Made by a program: the position numbers and the translations under genes
NCBI GenBank assembly: GCA_041653535.1
Contig: JBAZFH010000001.1
Location: forward strand, 6,052-70,051
DNA length: 64,000 bases
Source of the DNA: Patescibacteria group bacterium
GTDB lineage: Bacteria > Patescibacteriota > Patescibacteriia > JACRDY01
Direction: 5' to 3'
Shown: positions 1 through 9,498 of the stretch, in pieces
How positions within the stretch are numbered: position 1 is the stretch's first letter
Layout: each line of letters starts with the position of its first letter
Notes under the pieces: generated by a model
The model's input: the letters and a program-made list of their open reading frames with translations, nothing else
Told to the model about the DNA's origin: nothing
Database searches by the model: none

Positions 1-600
1 ATTCCCTTATCCACCGCGCAGCAATTTTTTATTGGCGGTGATTATGTCAATTCTATTAATGTTCAGGCGGAAAGCGAAGAGGTCATGATCACGGTTCAAG
101 AAGACATTACAAATTTATTGCTTTCGCGGCACGGCATAACCGATTCCACTTTGGCAGATTTTCGTATTATGAACCAGACTGATATTTTGGAAAGCGCTTC
201 TTCAATCACCGAAACATTAACCATGTTGCTGGCGGCTATTGCCGGTATTTCCTTGGTGGTTGGCGGCATCGGTATTATGAATATGATGCTTACCACGGTG
301 ACGGAAAGAACTCGCGAAATCGGTTTGCGTAAAGCCATTGGTGCTAAAAGGAAGGATATTAATATTCAATTTTTAACCGAAGCGATAATGCTGACTTTCA
401 TCGGCGGTGTTATCGGCGTGATTATAGGCTGGTTGGCGGCTTTGGTAGCAAACAAATTCGGCGGTATCGCTACGGAAATATCGTTGATATCCGTAGTTTT
501 GGCTTTCGGCGTTTCCGCTATTATTGGTATAGTTTTTGGTTATTATCCGGCACGGCGGGCGTCAAAACTAAATCCGATTGAAGCCTTACGTTACGAATAA
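1..600 (+). CDS. ABC transporter permease, FtsX/MacB-like C-terminal part (5' end lies outside the window)
   Basis: Frame is open from base 1. Hydrophobic FtsX-like C-terminal helices (IGLRKAIGAKRKDI ... YYPARRASKLNPIEALRYE). Confidence 0.7.
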   Translation: MPLSTAQQFFIGGDYVNSINVQAESEEVMITVQEDITNLLLSRHGITDSTLADFRIMNQTDILESASSITETLTMLLAAIAGISLVVGGIGIMNMMLTTVTERTREIGLRKAIGAKRKDINIQFLTEAIMLTFIGGVIGVIIGWLAALVANKFGGIATEISLISVVLAFGVSAIIGIVFGYYPARRASKLNPIEALRYE

Positions 601-619
601 AATATTTTTTTGAAAAAAT

Positions 620-826
620 ATGAATAGACAAAAAATAAATTACGTTTTAGACGCGACTATGTTTTTGGTCTTTGTCGTTAATTTGCTTTCGCTTCTTTTG
701 CACGACAAAGAGTTGCATGGTTTAACCGGCTATTTGTTTGCGATTTTGCTTTTGGCGCATCTTTTTTTACATCGGAAATGGTTGGCAACAATGACAAAAA
801 ATTTATTTTCCACGGAACAAAAATAA
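620..826 (+). CDS. hypothetical small membrane protein
   Basis: 68-aa ORF with two hydrophobic helices; no recognisable family. Confidence 0.3.
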   Translation: MNRQKINYVLDATMFLVFVVNLLSLLLHDKELHGLTGYLFAILLLAHLFLHRKWLATMTKNLFSTEQK

Positions 827-842
827 TAAATAACAAAAAACT

Positions 843-1307
843 ATGAAAAAAAATCTAGTGATTTTTATTGTGATCGTCGTTATCGTTGCTGCCGGATCTT
901 TTTATCTGGGTATGAGTTATGGCAAAAAGGGCAACGGAAAAAATTTTGCTGGTCCGGTCGGAGAGTTTAGTCGCAACGGTATTCAGGGGACTGGTCTAGA
1001 AAAACAGAACGGTCAGGGTAGTGGTTTTGTCGATGGTGAAATAATCGCCAAAGATGATAAAAGTATAACAGTAAAATTAAAAAATGGTGGTTCGAAAATA
1101 GTTCTTTTTTCCGAAACTACAACCGTGGGAAAAACTACTGACGGTACTGTCGCTGATTTAGAAGTGGGGAAAACAGTTATGGTTAGCGGCACAACCGGTA
1201 GTGACGGCAGCGTGGCGGCAAAATCGATACAGATTCGTCCAGATGCAGAATCACAACCAACGGCACAGCCAATAAACGATCTTCCGGCAGAGCAGCCAAA
1301 ACAGTAA
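843..1307 (+). CDS. hypothetical secreted/membrane-anchored protein
   Basis: N-terminal TM/signal segment (IFIVIVVIVAAG) followed by a G/T-rich soluble domain. Confidence 0.5.
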   Translation: MKKNLVIFIVIVVIVAAGSFYLGMSYGKKGNGKNFAGPVGEFSRNGIQGTGLEKQNGQGSGFVDGEIIAKDDKSITVKLKNGGSKIVLFSETTTVGKTTDGTVADLEVGKTVMVSGTTGSDGSVAAKSIQIRPDAESQPTAQPINDLPAEQPKQ

Positions 1308-1458
1308 TTATTAGTCAAAAAGGTATTACGTTTATGAGTACGTGGTACCTTTTTGTTTATCCTAATCATTGGCTTGATTATTATTTATTACTATGTTAAA
1401 TTTAACTATTCAAGATTATTGACAATAAACAACCTAATATTTGAAGGGGGGGATAAAA

Positions 1459-2493
1459 ATGAAAACAATTCAGGTAAAAAAACTTTTTCCTGACGCTATT
1501 ATCCCGGCTCGCGCCACCAACGGTGCGGTTGGTTTTGACGTTTATGCCTATGGTGTTTTGGATATTGAAACCAAGGAGTACGGTGGCGAATTGCCTTATG
1601 TATTAGATCCCGGGCAGAAGATTTTGATCGGTGTTGGCGTGGCCTTCGCTTCGCCTTGGCCGGTTGAATGTCAGGTGCGACCGCGTAGCGGACTTGCTAA
1701 TAAGTATGGTATTGAACTGGGTAACTCCCCGGGAACTGTTGATCCGGATTTTCGCGGCAACGTCGGAGTGCTGCTGCGCAACCGCAGCGATGCGCCATTT
1801 GTCGTGACCAAAGGCATGCGTATCGCTCAGCTGATTTTTTCCGAGGTACAAATTCCAGTCTTTGAAGAAGTCAGTGATCTACCGCCGACTAGACGAGGAG
1901 CCGGAGGGTTTGGCTCTACCGGTTTATCGGATATTTCGGAAGGGACCGAAGCGTATCGTCTGGCGGTCATCGAACGCGATGTTTTCTATATGAAAATGGC
2001 GATCGCTGCTTCTGATCGTTCTACCTGTGTTCGTGGTTGCATTAAAGATGCCGAAGGAAGATATTTGCTTGATAAACGAGGTCGACCAATCGGTCAAACT
2101 CGAAAATTTGGTTGCGTTATTGTCAAAGAAGACAACGTGGTTTCTTTCGGCTTTAATGCTCAAGCACCGGGTATGCCAGCTTGTCTTGAAGTCGGTTGTT
2201 TGCGTGAAGCTGAAGGCATTCCTTCAGGCATGCGGATTGAACGTTGTCGGGCGGTGCACGCAGAAGAAATGGCATTTCTCAAAATGCTGGTTAGCGGCGT
2301 GGCCTCATCGACGTTGGGAGCCACTGCGTATGTTACTGCCGAGCCTTGCGAAGTTTGCGCTAAGACTCTCGCTGGCTCGGGCATCGATACTCTGGTAGTG
2401 ATGGAGGGTGTTTATCCTAACAACGGAATTCAAATCGTAAAAAATGCCGGTATTAATCTTCGTTTTGTTCCCAAAGCAATGTTAGTCTGTTAG
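1459..2493 (+). CDS. dut: bifunctional dUTP diphosphatase (N-terminal) fused to dCMP/CMP-type zinc deaminase (C-terminal)
   Basis: RBS GAAGGGGGGG then ATG at 1459. All five dUTPase motifs are present (VGFDVYA, RPRSG, GTVDPDFRG, GMRIAQL, RRGAGGFGSTG). The C-terminal half carries HAEEMA and PCEVCA zinc-binding motifs of the cytidine/dCMP deaminase fold. Confidence 0.75.
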   Translation: MKTIQVKKLFPDAIIPARATNGAVGFDVYAYGVLDIETKEYGGELPYVLDPGQKILIGVGVAFASPWPVECQVRPRSGLANKYGIELGNSPGTVDPDFRGNVGVLLRNRSDAPFVVTKGMRIAQLIFSEVQIPVFEEVSDLPPTRRGAGGFGSTGLSDISEGTEAYRLAVIERDVFYMKMAIAASDRSTCVRGCIKDAEGRYLLDKRGRPIGQTRKFGCVIVKEDNVVSFGFNAQAPGMPACLEVGCLREAEGIPSGMRIERCRAVHAEEMAFLKMLVSGVASSTLGATAYVTAEPCEVCAKTLAGSGIDTLVVMEGVYPNNGIQIVKNAGINLRFVPKAMLVC

Positions 2494-2709
2494 TCTGAAA
2501 TAAACAACAAACGAAGCCGCTGATACTAGTGATCGGCGGTTTTTTTAATTATTCACTGCATGACCGGACATTTCAAAACGGGGCGTGAAGGTAATGTGGG
2601 GGAGGATGTCATTGTTTAATTTTATTATTAATTTAAATATAAAATTGTTTGACGGTTGAGTGTTTTCTTGCTAATCTTTATTTTATGGCAATGAGTATAA
2701 TTGCGTTTT

Positions 2710-4110
2710 ATGAAAAATAAGATTTTTATTACTACTGCTATCGATTACGCCAATGATGTTATCCACGTCGGTCATGCCTATCAAAAGGTTTTAGCTGACG
2801 CTTTGGCTAGATTTTTTCGTCTCACAGGCAGAGAAGTTTTTTTTCTTACCGGTACTGATGAACACGGAGCTAATATTGAAAAGAAAGCTAAAGAAAACAA
2901 CAAGAAAGTCCAGGAATATGTTGACTCGGTTTCCGGTCAAGACAAAGAGCAAATCGCGGCGCTTGGCGTTGTCCCCGACCGTTTTATCCGCACTACAGAT
3001 GCCGATCATAAAGAAGTGGTAAAAGATTTTTGGAATAAAATTTACGCCAAAGGGGAAATCTATTCCAAATCTTTTGAGGGTATGTATTGTATGAGCTGCG
3101 AGGCTTTCAAAAACGGCGATGAAATAGTTGACGGTTGTTGTGACGTCCACAAAAATCTTAAACTCGTCGAGCATAAGGAAAATAATTATTTTTTCCAATG
3201 GTCGAAATATCAAAGTTTTTTGACCGAATGGTTTAAAAAAAATCCGCAGTTTGTTTTGCCGGAAGGTAAATATAAAGAAATGAAAAGTTTTCTTGCTGCC
3301 GGAGTTGAAGATATTTCCATTTCCCGACAAAACGTTTCCTGGGGGATTCCGGTGCCAAACGATCCGGCACAGGTAATTTATGTTTGGTTTGACGCGCTAA
3401 TCAGTTATTATACCGCTGGGACTAAAACAGGTTTCTGGGACGATGATGTTACGATTATTCATGTTTTGGGCAAAGATAACCTTCGTTGGCACGCGTTGCT
3501 TTGGCCAGCGATGCTGCAAGCGGCCGACCTAAAACTGCCGGATATAGTTTATGCGCATAGCTTTATCAATATTAATGGTCAAAAAGTAAGTAAGACTTTG
3601 GGTAATATTATTAGACCGACTGAGTTAGTCGATGAATTTGGTACTGATGCGGTTCGTTATTTTTTTCTTAAGCGCGGACCGCTTGATGATGATGTCGATA
3701 TTTCATTGGATAAAATTAAAGAAGTCTATAATGCCGATTTGGCCAACGGTCTTGGTAATTTAGTGCAGCGAGTATCAAAAATTTGCCAGTCGATAGATTA
3801 TGCCAACAAAAATACAGCAGGGTTAACCCTTTCACCGGAGGTTGCTACTAAAATTGAAAATTTTAAAATTAATGAAGTGATCGAAGATATTCAGGCGCGG
3901 ATAGGAGCGGAAAATCGTTTTATTGAAAATGAAAAATTATGGCAAAAAACAGGCGAAGCTCTAGAAAAAGATCTTGATCGTTGTATCACGAATATTCGTC
4001 AAATTGTCTATGATTTGAGTCCGGTAATACCAACCATTGCTGTTGAAATAGAAAAAAGGCTGTCCGGGCAGGTAGTTTGCGGCGAGCCGCTGTTTGCCAG
4101 GATAAAATAA
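2710..4110 (+). CDS. metG: methionyl-tRNA synthetase (short form lacking the C-terminal tRNA-binding domain)
   Basis: HVGH (HIGH) motif, KVSKT (KMSKS variant) and a class I MetRS catalytic core. ATG at 2710; the upstream TTG at 2701 is an alternative start. Confidence 0.9.
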   Translation: MKNKIFITTAIDYANDVIHVGHAYQKVLADALARFFRLTGREVFFLTGTDEHGANIEKKAKENNKKVQEYVDSVSGQDKEQIAALGVVPDRFIRTTDADHKEVVKDFWNKIYAKGEIYSKSFEGMYCMSCEAFKNGDEIVDGCCDVHKNLKLVEHKENNYFFQWSKYQSFLTEWFKKNPQFVLPEGKYKEMKSFLAAGVEDISISRQNVSWGIPVPNDPAQVIYVWFDALISYYTAGTKTGFWDDDVTIIHVLGKDNLRWHALLWPAMLQAADLKLPDIVYAHSFININGQKVSKTLGNIIRPTELVDEFGTDAVRYFFLKRGPLDDDVDISLDKIKEVYNADLANGLGNLVQRVSKICQSIDYANKNTAGLTLSPEVATKIENFKINEVIEDIQARIGAENRFIENEKLWQKTGEALEKDLDRCITNIRQIVYDLSPVIPTIAVEIEKRLSGQVVCGEPLFARIK

Positions 4111-4304
4111 TCTTGTTTGTTAAAATTTATCATAAAATTCCCGATATTATCGAGGAATTTTTATTTTTTATATATGTTTTTAGTATATCAAAAAACCGTC
4201 GATTCGGCGATTTTAAAATTATATTAAAAAGAAAGTGTATTACGCCGGAGTTTAAACGTGATATAATCAAGGCGTGTTTAATTAACCAAATTAAGATCAT
4301 CAGC

Positions 4305-4964
4305 ATGTATTCAAAAATAAAAGAACTTATCAAAAAAATTGATGTTTTGAACGAGGCTTTAAAAGAGGAATACTCGCAGCTCGCCACAAAATACGGTTTT
4401 TCTTTCACTCAGAGAAAAATTGTGTTTTTGGAAAAGTTTAAAGCCAGAAATAAAAAATTTCGCATCCCTACTTGGAAGTATGCCGTTCCCAAAAGTATTT
4501 GTCACGTTCTCTCTATGCCGTTTATTTACATGATGATTGTTCCGCTAGTGATACTGGACATATTTATTACTATCTATCATTTAGTGGCTTTTCCTTTATA
4601 CGGCATACCAAAAGTTGAGAGAAAAAGTTATATAGTTTATGATAGAAGGTTTCTCGACTATCTCAACGTTATTCAAAAAATTAATTGTTTGTATTGTAGC
4701 TACGCCAATGGATTTTTAGCTTACGCAGCGGAAATAGCCGGTCGCACAGAAAGATATTGGTGTCCAATCAAAGCCGCCCATCAACCGACTGCTTATCACG
4801 GTTGGTATAAAGATTTTGCCGACTATGGCAATCCGGAGGAATGGAAACAAAAATTCAATGATCAAGAGGCTTTTAATAAAGAAAAAGATTGCCGTTTTTT
4901 AAAAAAGGGTGTTTTATTATCTTCAAATAAAAAATCTCCGTCAGAAGTCACGGAGATTTTTTAG
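4305..4964 (+). CDS. hypothetical membrane protein with conserved cysteines
   Basis: Long ORF overlapping the metG end. Likely start is ATG at 4305 (MYSKIKELIKK). Two TM helices and a Cys-containing C-terminal region (CLYCSY ... YWCP). Confidence 0.45.
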   Translation: MYSKIKELIKKIDVLNEALKEEYSQLATKYGFSFTQRKIVFLEKFKARNKKFRIPTWKYAVPKSICHVLSMPFIYMMIVPLVILDIFITIYHLVAFPLYGIPKVERKSYIVYDRRFLDYLNVIQKINCLYCSYANGFLAYAAEIAGRTERYWCPIKAAHQPTAYHGWYKDFADYGNPEEWKQKFNDQEAFNKEKDCRFLKKGVLLSSNKKSPSEVTEIF

Positions 4965-4970
4965 ATAAAA

Positions 4971-5183
4971 TTATTTTTTCTTTTTACCTAACGCCTTTTT
5001 GGCAATACTGGCACCTGCCAAAAAAACAGCTGCGCCGGCGATAGCCCCGGCTATTTTTTTCTTGGTTTGAGGATCAATACCATCGTATTTATCTTTTAGG
5101 TCTTCAAAATGGTCGACTAGATCGTCCAATAAAACGTGGAGCTTTTTGACAGTTGGGTTTTTGCTATTTGATATTTTTTTCAT
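4971..5183 (-). CDS. hypothetical small protein with C-terminal hydrophobic/K-rich tail
   Basis: 70-aa ORF immediately downstream of and co-oriented with the large surface-protein gene. Confidence 0.35.
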   Translation of the reverse strand: MKKISNSKNPTVKKLHVLLDDLVDHFEDLKDKYDGIDPQTKKKIAGAIAGAAVFLAGASIAKKALGKKKK

Positions 5184-5186
5184 ATT

Positions 5187-7433
5187 TTATTGTTTTATCG
5201 TATAAGCCGAGGAAATCCAGCCAATCGTACCGGTAGCTGTTTTTATCTTGTACCAACCATTGTTTTGTTCAAGCACTGTAAATACTTCGTCCTTATTAAC
5301 ACTGCCCAAAATATTACCCTTGGTGCTGTTTGTCTGCCGAACTCGCAGTGTAGGAGTGCCGGTAACCTTTACCCTTAAAATAACAGTTGTAGCATCGGGA
5401 TAAGCGGCAAGAGTAGTGGTAGGAGTCACCACGATATCTGACCAGCTATATCCGGCAGCGTTAAATTCAGCTTCGGTTTTTACCCACTGTTTAACGCCGT
5501 TTTTGACCACATAAACTTTATTATCGCCGTCAGCGCGCAAAAGAATAGCGCAAACTGATGCCGACGGTAATGGCGTGTTGGTTGCTGCGTCAGTATAAGC
5601 AGCTAAAGATACGTTAGTGGAAACAATAACATCAGACCAATGATATCCGGCAGCGTTAAATTCAGCTTCGGTTTGTATCCAGCGTTTGGTGCCATTTTGG
5701 ACAACATATACCTTACTATCACCATCTGCTCGTAAAAGTTTCACGCAGGTAGAAGAAACTGTCGCCGGGGTCGTAGTAGTGGTGGTTGTTGTAGTAGTGC
5801 CGGTAACAGTCACTGTCAGAGTAGAACATTTGCTGCTATATACATCTGACGGACAGATCATGATATTGGAAGCTCCGGATATACCACCAGTTACCACTAG
5901 CCCTGTACCGTTTTTTTCCAGATAAACAGAGGCAACGTCACGGTTGCTATTGGAATAAATCGTAGTATGATCGTCACCGCCAGTAATAGAAACTATGCCT
6001 TTGGCGCCAGGGGCTAGAGAAAGACTATTTGGACTGAGAACGATTGTCGTCAAAGCAGAGGTAACAGTCACGTACATGCTGGCGCAAGTAGTGCCGCTGG
6101 CAGACGAACAAATAGTAACAGTGGACGTTCCAATAGCGTTGCCATAAAGACTGACGATATTACTAGAACCGCTAATAGTGGCTGTGACTATACCGGGGTT
6201 GGAAACTCCGGAAACCGAGTAGCTACCGCCACCACCGGTAATAGTAACGTAAGAAGTTTCGTCTTTAGCCAGAGAAACAATATTTTGATTAAAGGTAACG
6301 GTATTAGCAGAATAAGTAGCCGAAGTGTTGAGGGTGACATTGAGGTTACCGCAGCTATCATTAACTGTTGTCGAACAAACCTTCACCACGGTCGATCCGG
6401 CGTTGGTACCGCCGACAACAGTAACAATATTGTCAGAAACAGTAGCTCGAGCAACGCTGGAATCAGAATTTGAGGAAACATAGTAACTGCTGCTAGTTCC
6501 GCCGGAAACAACCGAACTTTGTGACTGACCGGTAACCAGTACTAGATTGTTTGGCGAAAAAGACAGGGTTGTCGCTGAGTTGTCTAAAACGGTGACGGTA
6601 ATATTGGAACAATTAGTACTGGCTTCTTTGGAACAAACAGTAAGAGTAACCGAGCTGGCAGAGTTGCCAAAAAGCACCAATACCGGCAAACGCTCACCAA
6701 CCGCTCTGGCGTCTAGAGCTGTAGGATTGGAGTTGTAAGTAACAGTCATACCGCTATTACCACCGCCGAAAATAGAAACATTGTTTGTTTGTCTGACATT
6801 AATAACCGGATTGTCGGGACTAAAAGTAATCTGGGTTTGTCCGGCAGTCGCTCCAACCTCGACAGCAACAGAACTACAACCGACATTGGTGCCGCAAACA
6901 GTGACCGTGCCTGAGCAAGAAGCAAGGCCAATAATAGTCAGCTGGCTGCCGCTGATGGATGTAGAGATATTGCTGCTTTGACTGTTGGTCGCCAAGATCA
7001 AAGAAGTAGAACCGTTGATAGTAATGCTTTGACCAGCTGCCAGCTGTACGCTGTTTCTGTTTAAAGTCAGAGAACTGTCATAGTCTGGCCACAAGGTCAT
7101 GGACGACTGTACACCCAAAATCGTGGCAAAAACCGGTGAGCCCTGAGGAATGGCATAGCCGCCGCTAGAAATAGAAGTAGAAAAGTTACCAGCCGTATCA
7201 GTTTTACCAAGACTAATAGTGGTTAACGCCGGTGCTCCTGGCGGTAAAAACGACAGCTGTACGGTGCTTTCGGTAGCTCCTTTAACAGTTACCTGCACCG
7301 CATCGCCAGAGGCATGTGTTAGTGTCAAAACAGTAGGTACGGTAGCTGCCTCTGCCGCAGGATTTAATAAAAATAATGAAACTAAGAAAATAACCGGCAT
7401 TAAAAAATAAGCGAATTTTTGTTTTGTTGTCAT
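5187..7433 (-). CDS. large secreted Ser/Thr-rich repeat protein
   Basis: Signal peptide, then long S/T/G-rich beta-type repeats, a poly-Thr linker and two tandem ~52-aa repeats (LRADGDSKVYVVQNGTKRWIQTEAEFNAAGY.WSD). The C-terminal domain is SH3b-like (WYKIKTATGTIGWISSAY). The tandem repeat is also visible at nucleotide level (about 5440-5540 versus 5620-5720). Confidence 0.7.
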   Translation of the reverse strand: MTTKQKFAYFLMPVIFLVSLFLLNPAAEAATVPTVLTLTHASGDAVQVTVKGATESTVQLSFLPPGAPALTTISLGKTDTAGNFSTSISSGGYAIPQGSPVFATILGVQSSMTLWPDYDSSLTLNRNSVQLAAGQSITINGSTSLILATNSQSSNISTSISGSQLTIIGLASCSGTVTVCGTNVGCSSVAVEVGATAGQTQITFSPDNPVINVRQTNNVSIFGGGNSGMTVTYNSNPTALDARAVGERLPVLVLFGNSASSVTLTVCSKEASTNCSNITVTVLDNSATTLSFSPNNLVLVTGQSQSSVVSGGTSSSYYVSSNSDSSVARATVSDNIVTVVGGTNAGSTVVKVCSTTVNDSCGNLNVTLNTSATYSANTVTFNQNIVSLAKDETSYVTITGGGGSYSVSGVSNPGIVTATISGSSNIVSLYGNAIGTSTVTICSSASGTTCASMYVTVTSALTTIVLSPNSLSLAPGAKGIVSITGGDDHTTIYSNSNRDVASVYLEKNGTGLVVTGGISGASNIMICPSDVYSSKCSTLTVTVTGTTTTTTTTTTPATVSSTCVKLLRADGDSKVYVVQNGTKRWIQTEAEFNAAGYHWSDVIVSTNVSLAAYTDAATNTPLPSASVCAILLRADGDNKVYVVKNGVKQWVKTEAEFNAAGYSWSDIVVTPTTTLAAYPDATTVILRVKVTGTPTLRVRQTNSTKGNILGSVNKDEVFTVLEQNNGWYKIKTATGTIGWISSAYTIKQ

Positions 7434-7624
7434 AGGTTTTATATATTTATATTGTTAAACGTCGATTTTTACAGGTGGATTAAGATATGCTTTAGTCTTT
7501 AAACTAAAGATAGCCAGGGGAGGGGGGGGTAACGAAGATTTTTTATCCTTATAATTATACCACTTTTTGTTAAAAATGGCACCAAAATGCAGAATCAGTA
7601 CCTGAGAGAGATGCGTTGTTTATA

Positions 7625-8320
7625 TTATCTTTTTATTATCATCGCTTGGGTCAGCGATAGTTCGATTATTCCTTCCGGCTTGTTGTTTATAAATTCGTCA
7701 AAAGCTCGACGTACGCCTTCGGCTTGGGCGTAATCATGGGTTAAAATAACTCCTCCGCTTACCATTTTGCCATAAAAGAATTCCAAAGCCGCCCTGGTGC
7801 TAGTATAAATGTCTACATCCAGATGGACAAAAGCAAACTTTTTATCTTCTATCGGACTCGAAGTTTCCGGAAATATCCCTTGATATATTTTTACGTTAGG
7901 ATATCTCTGTAGCCGTTTCTCAACCTCTACTTTGCTGGCTATGAACATGTTTCGATGAAATCGACTGTCGTTGGTTCCGACTTTTGGCAAGCCGGAAAAA
8001 GTGTCAAAAAGATATAAGTTTTTGCCGCCTTTAACTTCGCAAATAATTTTGGCTGAGGTGCCATTATAGACGCCGACTTCGGCGAAATCACCTTCTAATT
8101 TAACACAAGCTTTAGCAATAGAATAAATATGGAATATTTCACTGGGTTTAAATAAAAAATGACCTTCCCTTCTTAAATCCTTAATCATTTTTAAAACCCG
8201 CTTGTCTTTATATGGTTTCATTAATAATAACTCGACAAAACTAAAAAACCGATTACCCAGACGACCGACCCAGGTTTCAAATAAACGACGATGGAGAAAG
8301 TCACTTACTGGTTTTTTCAT
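7625..8320 (-). CDS. TylF/MycF-family SAM-dependent O-methyltransferase
   Basis: Motifs EVGVYNGTS, LFDTFSGLP, HLDVDIYTST and GGVILTHDY match the macrocin-O-methyltransferase fold. Confidence 0.65.
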   Translation of the reverse strand: MKKPVSDFLHRRLFETWVGRLGNRFFSFVELLLMKPYKDKRVLKMIKDLRREGHFLFKPSEIFHIYSIAKACVKLEGDFAEVGVYNGTSAKIICEVKGGKNLYLFDTFSGLPKVGTNDSRFHRNMFIASKVEVEKRLQRYPNVKIYQGIFPETSSPIEDKKFAFVHLDVDIYTSTRAALEFFYGKMVSGGVILTHDYAQAEGVRRAFDEFINNKPEGIIELSLTQAMIIKR

Positions 8321-8451
8321 AATTATTCAAAGTATACCAAAAAATCGCCTAAAATTATAGGTGATTCTTTGGTCTATTTAATTCTCGAAACCTGAGAGCA
8401 CTCGGGTCTAGAACCACGAGATACCCATGGGGTCTCGATACTTTTTTTCTT

Positions 8452-8526
8452 TGGTGACCCCACGGGGAATCGAACCCCGATTGCCAGGATGAAAACCTGG
8501 TGTCCTAACCGTTAGACGATAGGGCC
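8452..8526 (-). tRNA. tRNA-Glu (anticodon UUC)
   Basis: Reverse complement folds as a cloverleaf with anticodon loop TTTTCAT, T-loop GGTTCGATTCC and encoded CCA. Confidence 0.85.
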
Positions 8527-8653
8527 AGAAATTAGTATATAGGTCTTAGTATGTAGGTCTTGGGGGGTACTTTAAAAATATTTAATGATTATTTTAGAAT
8601 TTTTTTAATATGGCTTGAGTATAATATGATTATTATTAATAATCCATATATTT

Positions 8654-9025
8654 ATGAAACAACATGTTAGGTCTTTTACTGGTTTAATATCTTGGCAGGA
8701 GGCCCGTAGGCTGACACTGAGCGTTTATCAAGCGACCAGTTTATTTCCAAAAAATGAGATATATGGTTTGACTAGTCAAATGCGTCGTGCGGCAGTGTCG
8801 GTCTGTTCTAATATAGCCGAGGGTTTTTCTCGAAAATCACGGGCGGAAAAAATACAATTTTACACCATAGCCAAGAGTTCTTTAACAGAATTGCAAAATC
8901 AGCTTATTATTTCTCTTGATGTTCATTATTTAGACAAAGAAGTTTTTCAAAGAATTTCCCTAGTATCCGTTGGCTGTTGTAAGCTGTTGTCAGGTTTGAT
9001 TCGCACTGCTGAAAATAAGCAGTAA
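8654..9025 (+). CDS. four-helix-bundle protein (TIGR02436 / 23S rRNA-IVS protein family, Avd-like)
   Basis: Hallmark LTSQMRRAAVSVCSNIAEG motif. The gene sits between a 17-bp perfect inverted repeat (8531-8547 and 9044-9060). Confidence 0.75.
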   Translation: MKQHVRSFTGLISWQEARRLTLSVYQATSLFPKNEIYGLTSQMRRAAVSVCSNIAEGFSRKSRAEKIQFYTIAKSSLTELQNQLIISLDVHYLDKEVFQRISLVSVGCCKLLSGLIRTAENKQ

Positions 9026-9498
9026 CGGCCACCTAAATACCAGATACTAAGACCTATATACTAAACTGTGCCTTATAATAATACCAAATTGTCGCCTTGT
9101 CAACAATGATAATTGCGTCTATACTATTACCATATGTCATATAAAAAGAAAGCTATAGCGGCGAGGAAACACCAGAAAAAAAGAGGTAAAACCATTGGTT
9201 CCTTGCGCAAGCGCTAAAATGATTGCCCCGGCTATTTCGCCGGGTCTTTTGTTGTCTTGACAAAAAGCTGTTTTATGATAACGTAAGAGTATAAGCTATA
9301 AAAGGATATGAACAACCTATTTCTTAAAAATTATCAGATTGAAAAATATGTCGACGCTTCTACCGGCGATCGCTACTTTTTTGGTCTGGGATTTTTGAGA
9401 AAAAATATGTAAACAAACTTTGATTATCAATATTTTTTCCTAAGCACCCCGGACCAAAACCGGGGTGTTTAATTTTTCCAACTAAAGGAGACAGGAAA

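Noticed and set aside
2791-3330. 179-aa minus-strand ORF antisense to metG
   Set aside because: This antisense ORF of an AT-rich gene is F/K/I-rich and has no RBS.
9134-9217. 27-aa basic peptide ORF (MSYKKKAIAARKHQKKRGKTIGSLRKR)
   Set aside because: It has no SD and no resemblance to known small ribosomal proteins, and lies in an ORF-less intergenic region. It is probably coincidental. Noted only because of its composition.
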